From the NCBI GenBank assembly GCA_002269645.1, contig NIVC01000356.1, positions 124,001-188,000 on the forward strand: 64,000 bases of DNA, in the 5' to 3' direction. The notes under the pieces are model-generated. The model searched no databases, was not told the origin of the DNA, and saw nothing but the letters and a program-made list of their open reading frames with translations. Shown here in pieces: positions 37,085 through 49,830 of this stretch (position 1 is its first letter; each line of letters starts with the position of its first letter). Position numbers and translations under genes: made by a program. The DNA comes from Macrostomum lignano. Taxonomy: Eukaryota.

Positions 37085-37583
37085 TTAAACTGCTTAGAAA
37101 ATTTCAAAACGAATCTATAGAATACAGCAAAATATTTTTTAGATGATTGATTAGTCTCAGTTTGGAATGCACAAAGACAAGCAATGATTGGCTCAACCTA
37201 GAATGAGGGCCAATTTTACATATCCAATGGTGATTCAAGTAGGCTGGAAAGCAAAAGGAAATAAAAAATAAATGCTCAAAGTATGTACATTTACTTTTTA
37301 ACAACCATAAAAATTGCTCCAAATTAAATGAAGATTATAAAAAGCTTATTGCTTGTGATAATTTTTTGTGGTGTGGTTCATATTATCTCTATATTAAACA
37401 ATAGATTGATATATAACATCTGTGAATAGCTTTGATCTATATTACATTAAGTTAGCACTAGGGCTAACCAGGCTTCCATTTTTTGTTCTCCCTGTATTGA
37501 TACAAATAAAGACTACCTAAATAACTTAATGTGACATAAAATTATAAAAAATGAAATAATAATAACTATTATATTATTATTAA

Positions 37584-37937
37584 GGGGCTGTAGCCCAGTG
37601 GTCTAGCGCAGGCTCTGATGTGCCAGCGACCTAGGCTCGATTCCAAGTGCAGTCACATTAATTTGGGGCTGAATTGGAACTTGGCTTGGCTCTGCTTGCA
37701 CAATTAACGGCCTTGAAAGCCAACCTCCCAAGGTGCAGTGAAGTGTACATTCCTAACGTTAAAATAAAGTTTGGGCCGCTGTATACTCCTGTGTGAGTGC
37801 CTGCGTACGTATCTACGCGTTTGTATGCTTGCTCAAGGGAGTTGGCAGAAGGGGCAGTAATGCCTCTCGCCAGTTGTGTGCCTATGTTGCTTAAAGTGCA
37901 CCAGGGTGCATACAACCCCTGCTTCTAATAAAAAAAT
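37584..37937 (+). mobile_element. tRNA-derived SINE family 1, apparently full-length copy (~350 bp)
   Basis: A-box TAGCCCAGTGG (37591-37601), B-box GGCTCGATTCC (37634-37644), A-rich tail ctaataaaaaaa. Confidence 0.85.
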
Positions 37938-40499
37938 TATTGTATTAGGTTTGATAAAGGGCCTGTCAACTTAAGCTCATAAAGTAGAGTCTAAGTAACC
38001 TATGTATATAAATGATACTTTATTCTACTCACAGTGACACCAAGAAGCTGGATTTGGCAGAAAGTAATAAAAAATTGCACCTGAGATAAGAGAGAACAAG
38101 CAAGAGATAATTGGGGACTTCAACCTGGCATCCTAGGCCTAATTTTAAGACCAAATTGATTTTTGCACAAGAAATAATATATAGCAAAAAATTAGCATTA
38201 GCAATAGGGCCTAAACAATAACGATAATAGATTATACTTGCTCTAATGGACAGATATGCACTATGTATCTAAAGCCTACATATGGCTATTTAATCTTAGA
38301 CTAAACTAATATTGCTATATATACCTTCAATTATCCTAACTAATTCTAGTGCTCAGTTTCTAGCTAAGTAAACTGAAGCAACACAGTTTAATGTCTTTTT
38401 CAAGGATATAAATTGTTCTAATAGAATAAGGATTAAGGAATCAAACCTTCTAACTTTCAAGTTGTGAGTCTAATGCTTTAACCAATAGGCCACAAGCCTT
38501 TTAACATATCCTAAATGTACAAAAAGCCTAGTGGCAATGATAGGGTTTATACATGCGCAATTGCAGGCCAACCTGGCTGATCTAGCCACTATAAATTGTG
38601 ATAGACCAAGGTCAAGGAGAAGTCATAAAAATGCCCACTTAAAAATATAGATGTAGTATTAATAAGATGCCAAGACATTTTGGCTTAATAAAATAGTTAG
38701 TTACTCTTGCTATTCATCCAAATTTACAGTAATTTCTACTTTAAGGTTTATTTCATAGGTAAATCATATTTTTGGTCAAAAAGTAAGTTGCATGGCTAAT
38801 GTAAATTAGGGAGATTATATATATATGACAAGACAGGGTTGCTAATATTAGTTAGCAACCCTGTTGCCTCTTGCTAATTAATATATCAACCAAGTATAAA
38901 AAATATATAAATTATAAGGCCAGCAAGGGTATATATTATCATATTTTATATATAATAGAATATAATTTATTATATAATAAATATACATTTTCCAAATAAA
39001 AAATCTAACTTAATAGGAAACATATGCCTTTTCTCCTTAAATCCACTATTAGGCCTAAAAGTAATTGTTTATAATCATACCTATACTTGCTTTAATAAAA
39101 AGATAAACAACCAAATAGTTTATGCTTTGCCTTAGCCTTAGTTGTAGGTTGTAGCTATTGCTAAGTTTATTTTTTGTGCAATTAAGCCATTTAAGGATAT
39201 TAGGCCTATGTTATTTAATTATATCTTCAAATTAGACCTTGGATAGGCCTATAAATTATAGTTTTGCATCTTAGTAGACCTAATAAGCTAATAAAAAACC
39301 CTAGGCTATATACTATACTATACTCTATACTAGTGAATGAAGACGCTGTCATCCTGACTTTCTAAATTGCATTAGTCAGCCTATTCAAAACCTAGAATAC
39401 CTTTAGGAACCGAACTTTATCTCTCAACAACAAGCATCTAGGAAAATAACTTTTCCCAGTTTTAACCTTTCTACCTATATTTTTAATGTCCGCCGCTATG
39501 CTAGCAAATTAAAAAATTCTGCCTAAACTCTTAAGGTTAGGGCCTAACTTCTTCTTGGCCTGTTGGGATTATTTTATTTCTATTATATATATGGCAAGTG
39601 CCACCCAAGTGGGAGATTTCTCTTATTAGAATTGGTTTTTAATGTTCGGCCATCTCTTTCTCCTCTAGATAGACAACCAGCGGGATTTTCAGACTTCCCC
39701 TTTGGAATCCATATACAAAATAGAAGAAGACGTTCGAGGGGATAGGGAACAGATAGCGGTGGCAGCGGTGGCAGCCATGGGCCATTGAACTTAGCAACAA
39801 AATTGAGCTAAAATAGGCCTAGTAGGCCTGATAAAATAGTAAAACTAAAGGGTTCAAGGTAGGCTTAGCTGTAGCCTGAAGCCCTAGGCCTATTACCATA
39901 GGCCTATGCAATGCCAATTGATAAAGGTTTTATATAGGCCTACAAGAATAAATTGCCATGCTATAAACAGTACAAATGTAGGCCAGCAGGCCAATAGGCC
40001 TAGCCTAGGTACTATTAGCCAATAGGCGGTAGGCCTAGGCGTAGCCAGGCCTATGGCTATGGCGATGCTATGCTATGCAGAGCAGACACCCCACTTCCCA
40101 TGGCACCTAGACGGTCAGAACTAGGGGCGTAGCTACTTAATTTAGTTTGTTTTAAAATCAAAATCAGGTCTATATTATATTAGATATAAGGGCCTAAGTA
40201 AGTAACTAGCTAGCATACTTAATTACGACCCAGTGCAGTGAAACCGATGCTGACAAGTGATAAGTGTTCAAGTGTCTGGATGGAGTTACAGGCCGTCAAA
40301 TCTTATATTAAGAAACGATTAAGCCCTAAATTTTAACAGCAAGTAGGCCTACACAATAAAAATCTAAAATTTCGAAAAACAGAGTTTTTACTGATTTTCA
40401 AACGTTGTGCTACCGAATAGTTCAATTTTTATAAACATAATTGTTTTTTACAGCTGCTCCTATTTTCAAAAATTTAATTCAATTTTTCCGTATCGCGCA

Positions 40500-41949
40500 G
40501 ACGTGAATAACTTATGCCGCATGTTATTCCGTACGTTATTCCGCACGTAATTCCGCATGTTATTCCGTAAGTTATTCCGCACGTTATTCCGCACGTTATT
40601 CCGCACATTATTCCTCATGTTATTCCGTACGTTATTCCGCACGTTTTTCCGTACGTTATTCCGCACGTTATTCCGCACATTATTCCGCACGTTATTCAGC
40701 ACTTTATTCCGCACATTTTTCGCATGTTATTAGGCATTTTTCCACGATGTCCTGTATAAGATTTACAAGTAATTTTTCCATTTGATACATTTTAAATGTA
40801 AAGCAAAAGCCTAATGTACATGAGCTTGTCGTTATATTTTCCTGGATTACGCGAGTTGAGTGCATGTACATGGCATTCGTAAAATTATAATTGACTGCAA
40901 CAGAGTACTGTAGTTGCAGAGTTGTAAGTTGAGTTACAGAGTTGCATGCACAGAGCTGGGGTCGCGGAGAGGTTGAGAAAAGAAGATAAAAGTGACTACT
41001 TATCAACATATATTAAATTAATGAAAGAATCACATCATACATGTACAAGGTCACTACAGGACGCAAAATGAAGTGTTCTTTGATACTGAAAGAAGTTTAC
41101 GCTTTAACAAATATTATAAGTGCTAACACCAAATAAAAAACTAATGTGTAGTAAGTAAACCGTATTACTGCATTTAGCTAATTTAGCTTTTTTTACAATT
41201 ATATTTTATGCAGATCGTCATACTTATTAAAAACTATCTATATCTTCACGTTTTTGACGTGGAAATCATGTATGGAACGCGTAAGTTAGACTAGGGGCCT
41301 TTTCATATTACCAATTCCAGAACCAGAATCGGTTCGGAATTCCAAGAAAAACAGCAGTATAACTTAAACTCTGTTAATATTTGACTGCCTTAACAAACCT
41401 CACTTAGCACAATTTTTCACTTTCTTCTTGGCGATTGTCATTTAATAATAAAAACTTTATAGCACGTATCTCCCTAGCTCTAGTTATGGAGACTAAAAGT
41501 TATACTTCACAAATTGGTTCTGGTTCTAGAACCAGAACAAGCAATATGAAAAAACCCTTTGGTGGGAAATATGTTAAAAAAGTAGATGTGCGGACTATTG
41601 TGCGGAATAAAAATTCGGAATAGCGTGCGGAATAATATTCGGAATAATGTGCGGAATAACGTGCGGAATAAAATGCGGAATAACGTGCGGAATAACATGC
41701 GGAATAAAATTCGGAATAGTGCGGAATAATATTCGGAATAATGTGCGGAATAACGTGCGGAATAACGTGCGGAATAACATGCGGAATAATATGCGTAATA
41801 ACGTGCGGAATAAAATGCGGAATAACGTGCGGAATACCGTGCGGAACAACATGCGGACAATGCGGAATAACTAGCGGAACGTGCGGAATAACGTGCGGAA
41901 TAACATGCGGAATAACATGCGTAATAACGTGCGGTGTATGTTACACTCA
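40500..41949. mobile_element. Foldback/Mutator-type element with inverted arms of 12-bp subrepeats (ttattccgcacg) around a ~850-bp AT-rich core
   Basis: tatcgcgca(g) is duplicated at 40491 and 41950 (9-10 bp TSD); arms at 40500-40740 and 41590-41948 are reverse complements. Confidence 0.85.
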
Positions 41950-42917
41950 TATCGCGCAGCACAGCAGATGATGACTCTACTAGGCCCTAGGCCCTACGCA
42001 GAAATCTTGAAACTCGTTGAAAGGAACTTACTTAAACCTTGGCGTGGCCGTGGCGCAGGCAGTTGGGAGGCCTGAGGGGGGCCAGCTCCTCGTCGAAATT
42101 ATACTGCAAGTTTTTGGGGAAATGTTTTTTATCTTCACACAGTTATTCAACAGTTAGGCCTAGGAGTATTTGGCCTTTTATATGATTCATATCCAGGATA
42201 TTATCATCCAGGATATCCCTGCCTGCCGCTCCCATCCCTGCCTCCCGCTCCCACGAAAATAAATCCTGGCTGCCCATGTGGGCGCTTGTCTATTCTAAAT
42301 TTTAGACCTACTTGATGAGGGCTTACTTACTGTAGTATATAAAAATAAGTGTTAATGGTAATGAATAGATAAAATGATGAAATGAAAAGGCCATCTTTTT
42401 ATAGAGTCAGAGTCAGAGACTATTTGATTACCCTAGTTCTTAGAAAACAAAAAATGGTGAGCTATTTACCAAACTTGAAGCACCAGCAGTTGCAGTGCAC
42501 TAGGCCTAGGCCTAGGCCTATAATATGGATTTTTCACTTTAAAACATTTTGAATTGGCACATAATCTCCTTGCTTGGTGCTATTAGAATTAATTAGACCT
42601 AATATATTTTAAAAACTTTTGTCTTTTACATTTTGTTTTTTTATCTAAAAAGTTTTTTTCTTGAATCTTAAAAAATAGATTCTTATGTTTTGGTTAGGTT
42701 CTTTGGCTATAAGGCCTATATTTTTACGGCATTCCTTTGGTTTACAATCATTTTTCCACCCATATTTCGGTTCACAATCCCCATGTAATTTTTCATATAA
42801 ATGATCATAGCTTGCTTGAAATAAACAAAAATTGTTAAACTGAGCTTATTCGTTACATTAAAAAAACTGAACAGAATAGCCGACAAATGGTTTCTTTCAT
42901 GGCATGGCGATGACAAG

Positions 42918-43339
42918 GATCCTATATATCCACTTCAGTTTACGATCATTTAAACGGAAGCAATACATGTAAATGATCGTGAACCGAAGCTAAGGGGGGT
43001 GTCGAAGACATATGTAGTCATATATTTATTTGGTGGCTTGTTGGCGATTGAAATGTCATCTTGAGTTAACGTGCGCTCCCAAGTAACTTGATGCTTTATT
43101 ATTCTCTGCACACTGCCACCCCCCCCCCTCAGCTTCGGTTTATGATCATTTAGATGTAAGCAATATATGTCAATGATCGTGAACCGAAGCTAGCCATGTA
43201 ATGAGATAGTGATCAATTTCAGATAGAGCTTGTAAAACACCAAAACCCCCTTACACACATACGCTAGCTTTGGTTCACAATCATTTACATGTATCTCTTC
43301 CATTTAAATGATCGTAAACCAAAGTGGATATATAGGATC
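42918..43339. mobile_element. MITE-like element with ~80-bp TIRs that are themselves palindromic
   Basis: gatcctatatatccactt...gaaccgaagcta at left and its reverse complement at 43265-43339; no TSD found. Confidence 0.65.
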
Positions 43340-43693
43340 ATCTTTGGATTCTTGGAACTGTGAAATGGATCACTATAACCCCTTTACCTTCTTTTTTCAT
43401 TTGAACATGTAGCAGCTAGTGTTATGATGGATAAATAAAAAGGATTGGAATGCTTGTCTACACTGTTTTTTTTGCATTTTGATGAAATAAACAACAATTT
43501 TGTATCTTCCCTATCTCTCCAATGGGGATCGTCACTAATTTCAATGATCGTAAACTGAAGGAATGCCATTTTTACTTTATTTATTTATTGACAATTTGTT
43601 TAAAACCAAACAAAGCAATAGATTAAGGCAATTATTATTTTTTTAGTAACTAGGCCTAGTAAACAAATATATGTCACTAAGAGTTAAAACATA

Positions 43694-43983
43694 GGCAATG
43701 GCTAGAGTTCCGGCACCTGAACCCGTTTTCTAACAGCTAGGGATCCGGCAGTGCCATATAGAAGCATATAAAGACTGCTAAGAACATATCTTAAGAAGTC
43801 TGAATATTAGAAGCATCTTGTCCCGAATTTTATCATATTGTCTTAAATTTTAATCTAGAACAAAATCTCAATATCAGCCACCTGTAGAAAGAAAAATATA
43901 ATGTTCCATCTATATTATAATGGCATTGCCAGATCCGTAGCCGTTAGAAAACGGGCTCCGGTGTCGGAACTCTAGCCATTGCC
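43694..43983. mobile_element. 290-bp MITE with ~65-bp TIRs (GGCAATGGCTAGAGTTCCG...) and a 9-bp TSD
   Basis: taaaacata at 43685-93 and 43984-92; TIRs align with few mismatches. Confidence 0.85.
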
Positions 43984-44002
43984 TAAAACATATTTGTTAG
44001 GT

Positions 44003-44581
44003 CCCAGTGTGCGGATCATGTACCCGTGTACGCCGGAAAAAATTCGGGCGTCAAGGACTTTGTACGCCAGTGTACGCCAAAAACAAAAAGTTGCACTAAA
44101 ATGTACACCAAAAATTCCTAAAAAAAGGTCATTCGGTTTTCACGAGTAGAGTTTTCCAGGAAATGCTTTGGTATGAAAAGTGTCTTTAAAATATTACGAA
44201 TTTTTTCAGTTTAAACAAACTTAAATACTACCTACAAAAAATATTATGAAAAATTTATACTTTCAGCAAAATTTTACACTAATTTTATTTTTTTTTAACT
44301 TAAAATAAGCAAAAAGTTTATCATTGACGATATAAATTTTCCTTTACTTTACGTAAAAACGTTAATTTACTTTACAATTTTCATGCACGGCATGAATTTA
44401 TTCACCAAAATTTGTACGCCAAAAAAGTATGCGTGGCTGTGTTACTTGTGTACGCCAATAGTGTACGCCAACAAAGTGCGCCAGGGGTTGTGTACGCCGA
44501 TTGTGTACGCCAAGGACTTAGGGTGGCCGTTTTGTACGCCGGAAAAGTTCCGGCGTACATGCATACCATCCGCAACCTGGG
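44003..44581. mobile_element. 579-bp MITE with CCCAG...CTGGG termini, recurring tgtacgcc subterminal motifs and a 6-bp (possibly 7-bp) TSD
   Basis: ttaggt at 43997-44002 and 44582-87; imperfect ~35-bp TIR. Confidence 0.75.
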
Positions 44582-46457
44582 TTAGGTCATTAGACAAATA
44601 ACAATTACCTTAGATTAAAGCTTAATAAAGCCTAAATGCCAAATCTTATAATTATCCCTATTAAAAAAAGTTGTTAAATAGTAGATAGTTAGACTATCTG
44701 GTACATTTTCAAAATGACCTTGCAATATAGCACAAGCACATTTTCAGTGAGATAAGGGGCCTAGCATTTGGTGCAGCACACTCATACATGCGCAACCTCC
44801 AAAATTTGGTCAGCCATGCAACTTAGTTTTAACAAAAATGTGACATAGTTTTTGGCCATAAATGCCACTTACATGAAAAAAGACCCTAATGCAAAATTAA
44901 CGCAACTTTGGGTAAATGGCAGGAGTAACTATGATTGTCTTATTAAGTCAAAATGCCTCATCAGCTACTTAGTACTACTACTTTGGTTTTTTTGGGTGGG
45001 AATTTTTGCAACTTCCTTGGTTGGCCACCAAATTGGTCGGCAGGATTGGCCGACTCAGCTAACTGTTGTGTATGTATAAGCACACTGCAATATAACATTT
45101 GGTATAGTGCTTGGAATCTATGTCAAAATGAGCATGTTGTTATTTTTATTCATCTATTTCATAAAATAGATAAAATATCAAAAGTTGACAAAGTTATTAA
45201 GCATGTTTTGCATAACACTATAACAATATTGTTTTGTTAGCAATGTCAGAGCAATGTAGAGTGCTAAAAAGGTATTTTGCAGGAAGGTCCTTTATTGTTA
45301 CAATGTCACAAGTCATAGGCCTAGTGCACTCTTGGTGACCCCTTGATATGGCCCATGTACCTTGGAGAGTGACCCCTTAGCATGTTTTTATTTTTTACTA
45401 GACCTTTGATGTGTTTACAAATTTTCTAAATTTATTCCAATAGAGATGGTTATTAAATAAAGCTAGGAAAGTAGACAATAATTAACCATAGGCCCCTATT
45501 GTATTTAATTGCTATTATCATAGATAGCATCTGGCATAGATTGGCCTTTGGTAATGCAAGAACAATTTAGTAAGACATTTGATGCAGTTATTATTTAAAT
45601 AACTATATAAAGACAACAAAACATTTTCTCAAAAACTTGCAGTATGATTTTGCTAAGGAGCTAGCCCTTTTAGGCCTCCCAACTGGCTGGGCCACGCCAA
45701 GGTTTAAGTTCCTTGATTTCTGCATCATCTGCCCCATTGGCTATAATTAAGATAGTTAGGCCTCATATTTATAGCTAGGTTTATTTATTTTTAGCCATAA
45801 AAGGCTTAGATAGGCCTAGACTATCTTGGAGTTGTGACAGGCCATAGTTTTAAATATATGAAGTCTAATAAGTCTATATTGGAATAAAAAGTGGCTTTGA
45901 AAAATTTATATTAGTATTAAATAATATAATAGTATGCTAATTTTTATTTTATTTTATTTTATTGACATATATGCTATGTCAAGCAATTGCTAAAGTCAAG
46001 ATCAAAATAATAAATAAATAAAATTATATAATTTCCTATTAAAATTGCTACTTTTTATATAATAAGGTATAAAAGTTTTTTTATATTAAGAAAGGTTTAA
46101 AAAATTATAAACCATTTTTAACAAACAAAAATAGAGATAATTAGGGAATAGGGACTTAACCTAAGTTTTTTGCCAAATCTAGCTTCCTGGTGTCACTGTC
46201 AGCAGAATGACATATTATTTGTGTACATAGGTTACTAGGGGGGCTCCACTTTATGAGCTTATGCTGACTGGCCCTTTCATGCTGACTTTACTAGAACTTT
46301 TATGGCTAATTCTATATAGCTAAATCAGTGCTTAATTGTAAATCTCATGCATTCTTATGCTAGGCAGTGTTCTCAGCTGCACTGGTGACGACTCAAATAA
46401 CCTCAAGGCTGCTTGGCACAATACACTAATAATAAGTGTCACTTATCCTATTGAGGC

Positions 46458-47213
46458 ATGACCACCCGCATAGCAGCTGTTGCCAATGCTGCCTATCAAT
46501 TATTTTCGTCCGTCACTGAGCAGGGCGCGTCAAGCGTCAGCAAGGACGGCCTCGCCCGCCTGCTGCAGCTGCTGTCGAATGTCGGCACCAAGGATGTGGA
46601 CTTTGACACCCGCCTCGTCACGGACGCCAGTGGCACTCACTCGCCGCCTGTGCTCTATCTGCACATAGTTGAGAATGCCGCACTGTCTATGGGCATATTT
46701 GTTCTGCGCCCCGGCGCCCGGATCCCGCTGCACGATCATCCGGACATGTTCGGCCTGTGCCGCCTCATCCACGGCAGTCTGCGCTGTCGCGCCTATTCGC
46801 CAGCCTCCGCCTCGGCCGCCGCAGCCGCCAAAGCCGCTCTGGCCGCTCGTCTGTTGCCTCGATGGCAGCTGCCCGAGCTGACTGCCGTCACCCTGTCTAC
46901 TGACGGCGTGTTCACCTCTGCCTCACAGCCGCTCCTGCTGACCCCGTCTGAGGGCGGCTATCACGAGCTGCAGGCACTGGGCGACGGAGCGGCTTTTATT
47001 GACATCCTGGCGCCGCCGTACGATCACGACTTGGGCCAGCGGGTCTGCCGCTACTACCGGGAAGTGGCCTTGCCTAACAGCGAGGAACAGAATCGGCAGC
47101 ATCTGTCAGCTGATGACGAGCAACAGTCTAAGCACGTCTACCTGCTAGAAATTCCCCAACCCAGGGACTTCGTCTGCGGCACCGTTGACTATACGGGTCC
47201 TAAAGTCACCTGA
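46458..47213 (+). CDS. ADO: 2-aminoethanethiol (cysteamine) dioxygenase, PCO/ADO cupin family, intronless, 251 aa
   Basis: IPLHDHPDMFG (HxH metal ligands), GGYHEL (third His), FIDILAPPYD and CRYY motifs. Confidence 0.93.
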   Translation: MTTRIAAVANAAYQLFSSVTEQGASSVSKDGLARLLQLLSNVGTKDVDFDTRLVTDASGTHSPPVLYLHIVENAALSMGIFVLRPGARIPLHDHPDMFGLCRLIHGSLRCRAYSPASASAAAAAKAALAARLLPRWQLPELTAVTLSTDGVFTSASQPLLLTPSEGGYHELQALGDGAAFIDILAPPYDHDLGQRVCRYYREVALPNSEEQNRQHLSADDEQQSKHVYLLEIPQPRDFVCGTVDYTGPKVT

Positions 47214-47351
47214 TTTTGTCTTCTGTAACATTTGGTTTTTTATTGTCATGATTGTTTTTTCCTGTACTTCCTTTTAATGTGTTTTGTGCGTTCGTTTGTT
47301 GGCTTAAAATATCCTCTGAGGGTAGTATTTGATGCTTAATACTGTTTAGTT

Positions 47352-47630
47352 ACTCAGTTTTGGCGCCATCAGTAACATCAGTTTTGGCGCCATCAGTAAC
47401 ATCAGTTTTGGCGCCATCAGTAACATCAGTTTTGGCGCCATCAGTAACATCAGTTTTGGCGCCATCAGTAACATCAGTTTTGGCGCCATCAGTAACATCA
47501 GTTTTGGCGCCATCAGTAACATCAGTTTTGGCGCCATCAGTAACATCAGTTTTGGCGCCATCAGTAACATCAGTTTTGGCGCCATCAGTATCATCAGTTT
47601 TGGCGCCAATAGTATCATCAGTCTTGTCGC
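47352..47630. repeat. 24-bp minisatellite (cagtaacatcagttttggcgccat), about 11 copies
   Basis: Near-perfect tandem units 3' of ADO. Confidence 0.95.
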
Positions 47631-48356
47631 CAATCAAACACATTATGTGAATACCAAAATTATGCAAGTCAAAGCACCCTCAAAGGATTGGTGATGTTGG
47701 CGTCAAACGTTAATGCTACTGTAAATTGTAAAATAGTTCGGAAAATCATGATCCGTCATTGTAAAAGATCAATCTAACGATGTCTTCTGTCCATCCTAAA
47801 ATTCGGATTTTGCACATCGCGTTCACCTAGTATTCTATCTGCAAAGATTTACAACTTTTACTAATATTTTCCCTGTTTCATTTGTTACGAGCTAAATATA
47901 AATAAATATATTCAGTTCTAAGCCAGTGTATTTAGAATGTTTGTATTAATTACAGTCGCTAATCGCTTATAATAATAAATGTCTGTGTATAAATCATTGC
48001 TTATTAGATTTTCAAAGATTTTTTAACTGAGTCGCTTGTCTGCAAAAACTGCCATCATTAATAAGTATACTCGTACTCTGCGATTCCGTTGTTTTCATTT
48101 AATTCAATTCCGTTGTTTCATTTCATTTCATATTTAATTGTGTTTATCTTTTATCCCAGATACTGGAATATCAGAAAACTAGTTGTCACTCGCAATTGAA
48201 GTTGTGAAAAAGCAGAGCGTCTACTCATTTTTAGTAGTTGTCTGCGCAGTGTCACTTAGATTTAATTGTTGCAGCTAAAATTGCCTTTCCTTTCTCTTAC
48301 CTTAGGAGCATCTGGTATTAAGAATGAACAAGTATTTAACTCGATCAGACAGACGA

Positions 48357-48670
48357 AGTCAGACGGACGAAACTCAGTCTAGGGCAGGCCCAATCTAGCT
48401 CAGCCAATGAGAGAGCAGTAAAGAGAGAGGTAAAAGTCAGACGGACGAAACTCAGCCTAGGGGTGCAGGCCAAATCTAGCTCAGCCAATGAGAGAGCAGT
48501 AAGGAGAGAAGTCAAAGTCAGACGGACGAAACTCAGTCTAGGGCAGGCCCAATCTATCTCAGCCAATCAGAGAGCAGTAAAGAAAGAGGTAAAAGTCAGA
48601 CGGACGAAACTCAGCCTAGGGGTGCAGGCCAAATCTAGCTCAGCCAATGAGAGAGCAGAAAAAGAGAGGT
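48357..48670. repeat. Four units alternating 78/81 bp (159-bp dimer x2), each with a CCAAT box
   Basis: agtcagacggacgaaactcag starts at 48357, 48435, 48516 and 48594. Confidence 0.9.
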
Positions 48671-49604
48671 TAATGTCAAGCGGGCAAGAGGAAATCCCAA
48701 TTGTTTATCTGTCGGCTAGAGCGCCACTCCTTTCTCTCTTTGTCGCTATGCCCACGCACTGGATTTGGGGTTTACAAGTTTTCCTGCAATCTTCGGTCTT
48801 AATTTTTTTTCTTTTTAAGAAACTTCGAGTTGGAGACTGTCGGAGGCGGAGGCATTCAATGGGGTTGGCTTGTAAAAAGCCAGAGTCGATTGTTGCAGTT
48901 TCAAAAACTTAAATGCCTTAAAATTTTATAGATTTTAAATTTGACTACTGTTAAGGCTAAAACGCTAATTTTACTACTGAAAAAGAAGTAGATAAGCGCT
49001 TTTTTGCGAGTGACTTATCTAGTTATTCTACAGTATACTAATATCTGTGTTCTTACACTAATTTGGTTTCGTGGCTGCCTCGAGTGACAAGTTATAATTG
49101 TTAGTTTATAATGCTTGTTTGGCTTAGTATTGCATAAGGGCTGGCCATCCTTTGCCAAATAACAATTACCCTGGTGCGGACTGTCCGACTGACTGATCCA
49201 TTCGCTGTGCAGGATTTGGAATAATTTATTTATTTGTCTTGAGCCTAACTCTCTGTGCTTTTGGCTTACATTGAGAATTGCTTATATTAGTTTCCAAGCC
49301 AAAATTTAACATAGTCTAACTAACCTAAACTAACTAGCCTCTTTAATAATAGGAACTTGCTTACATTTTATAACCCAACAGGAACAACTGCTTGCTGGAT
49401 TTTGAGGCAGTGTCTATAGGCTTGGATCTTTATTTCATATACCATTCGGTACTCAAAATAGACATTTCTTACCGTCCAAGTATTGCCCTTTTTTGCCTTA
49501 TAGGAAGTCAGCTTTAATCATCACCTTCTAGTTTCAACCTGGCTTTTCTACCCACAGTAATTCGTTTATCTATCTATCGGGAATCGGTTATGAGAATCGC
49601 CATT

Positions 49605-49830
49605 CATCAAAAGGAATCGCCATTCTACCTGTAAGGGAATCCCTATTCTACCTGTAAGGGATTCGCCATTCTACCTGTAAGGGAATCCCTATTCTACCTG
49701 TAAGGGATTCGCCATTCTACCTGTAAGGGAATCCCTATTCTATCTATAAAGTAATCGCCATTCTACCTGTAAGGGAATCCCCATTCTACCTATAAGGGAA
49801 TCCTCATTTTACCTATAATGGAATCTCCAT
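49605..49830. repeat. 23-bp minisatellite in alternating A/B form (attctacctgtaagggaatccct / ...ggattcgcc)
   Basis: Tandem units read directly. Confidence 0.85.

Noticed and set aside
48357-48670. GGACGAAAC motif suggesting tandem hammerhead ribozymes
   Set aside because: No upstream CTGANGA core or stem pairing was found on the same strand.
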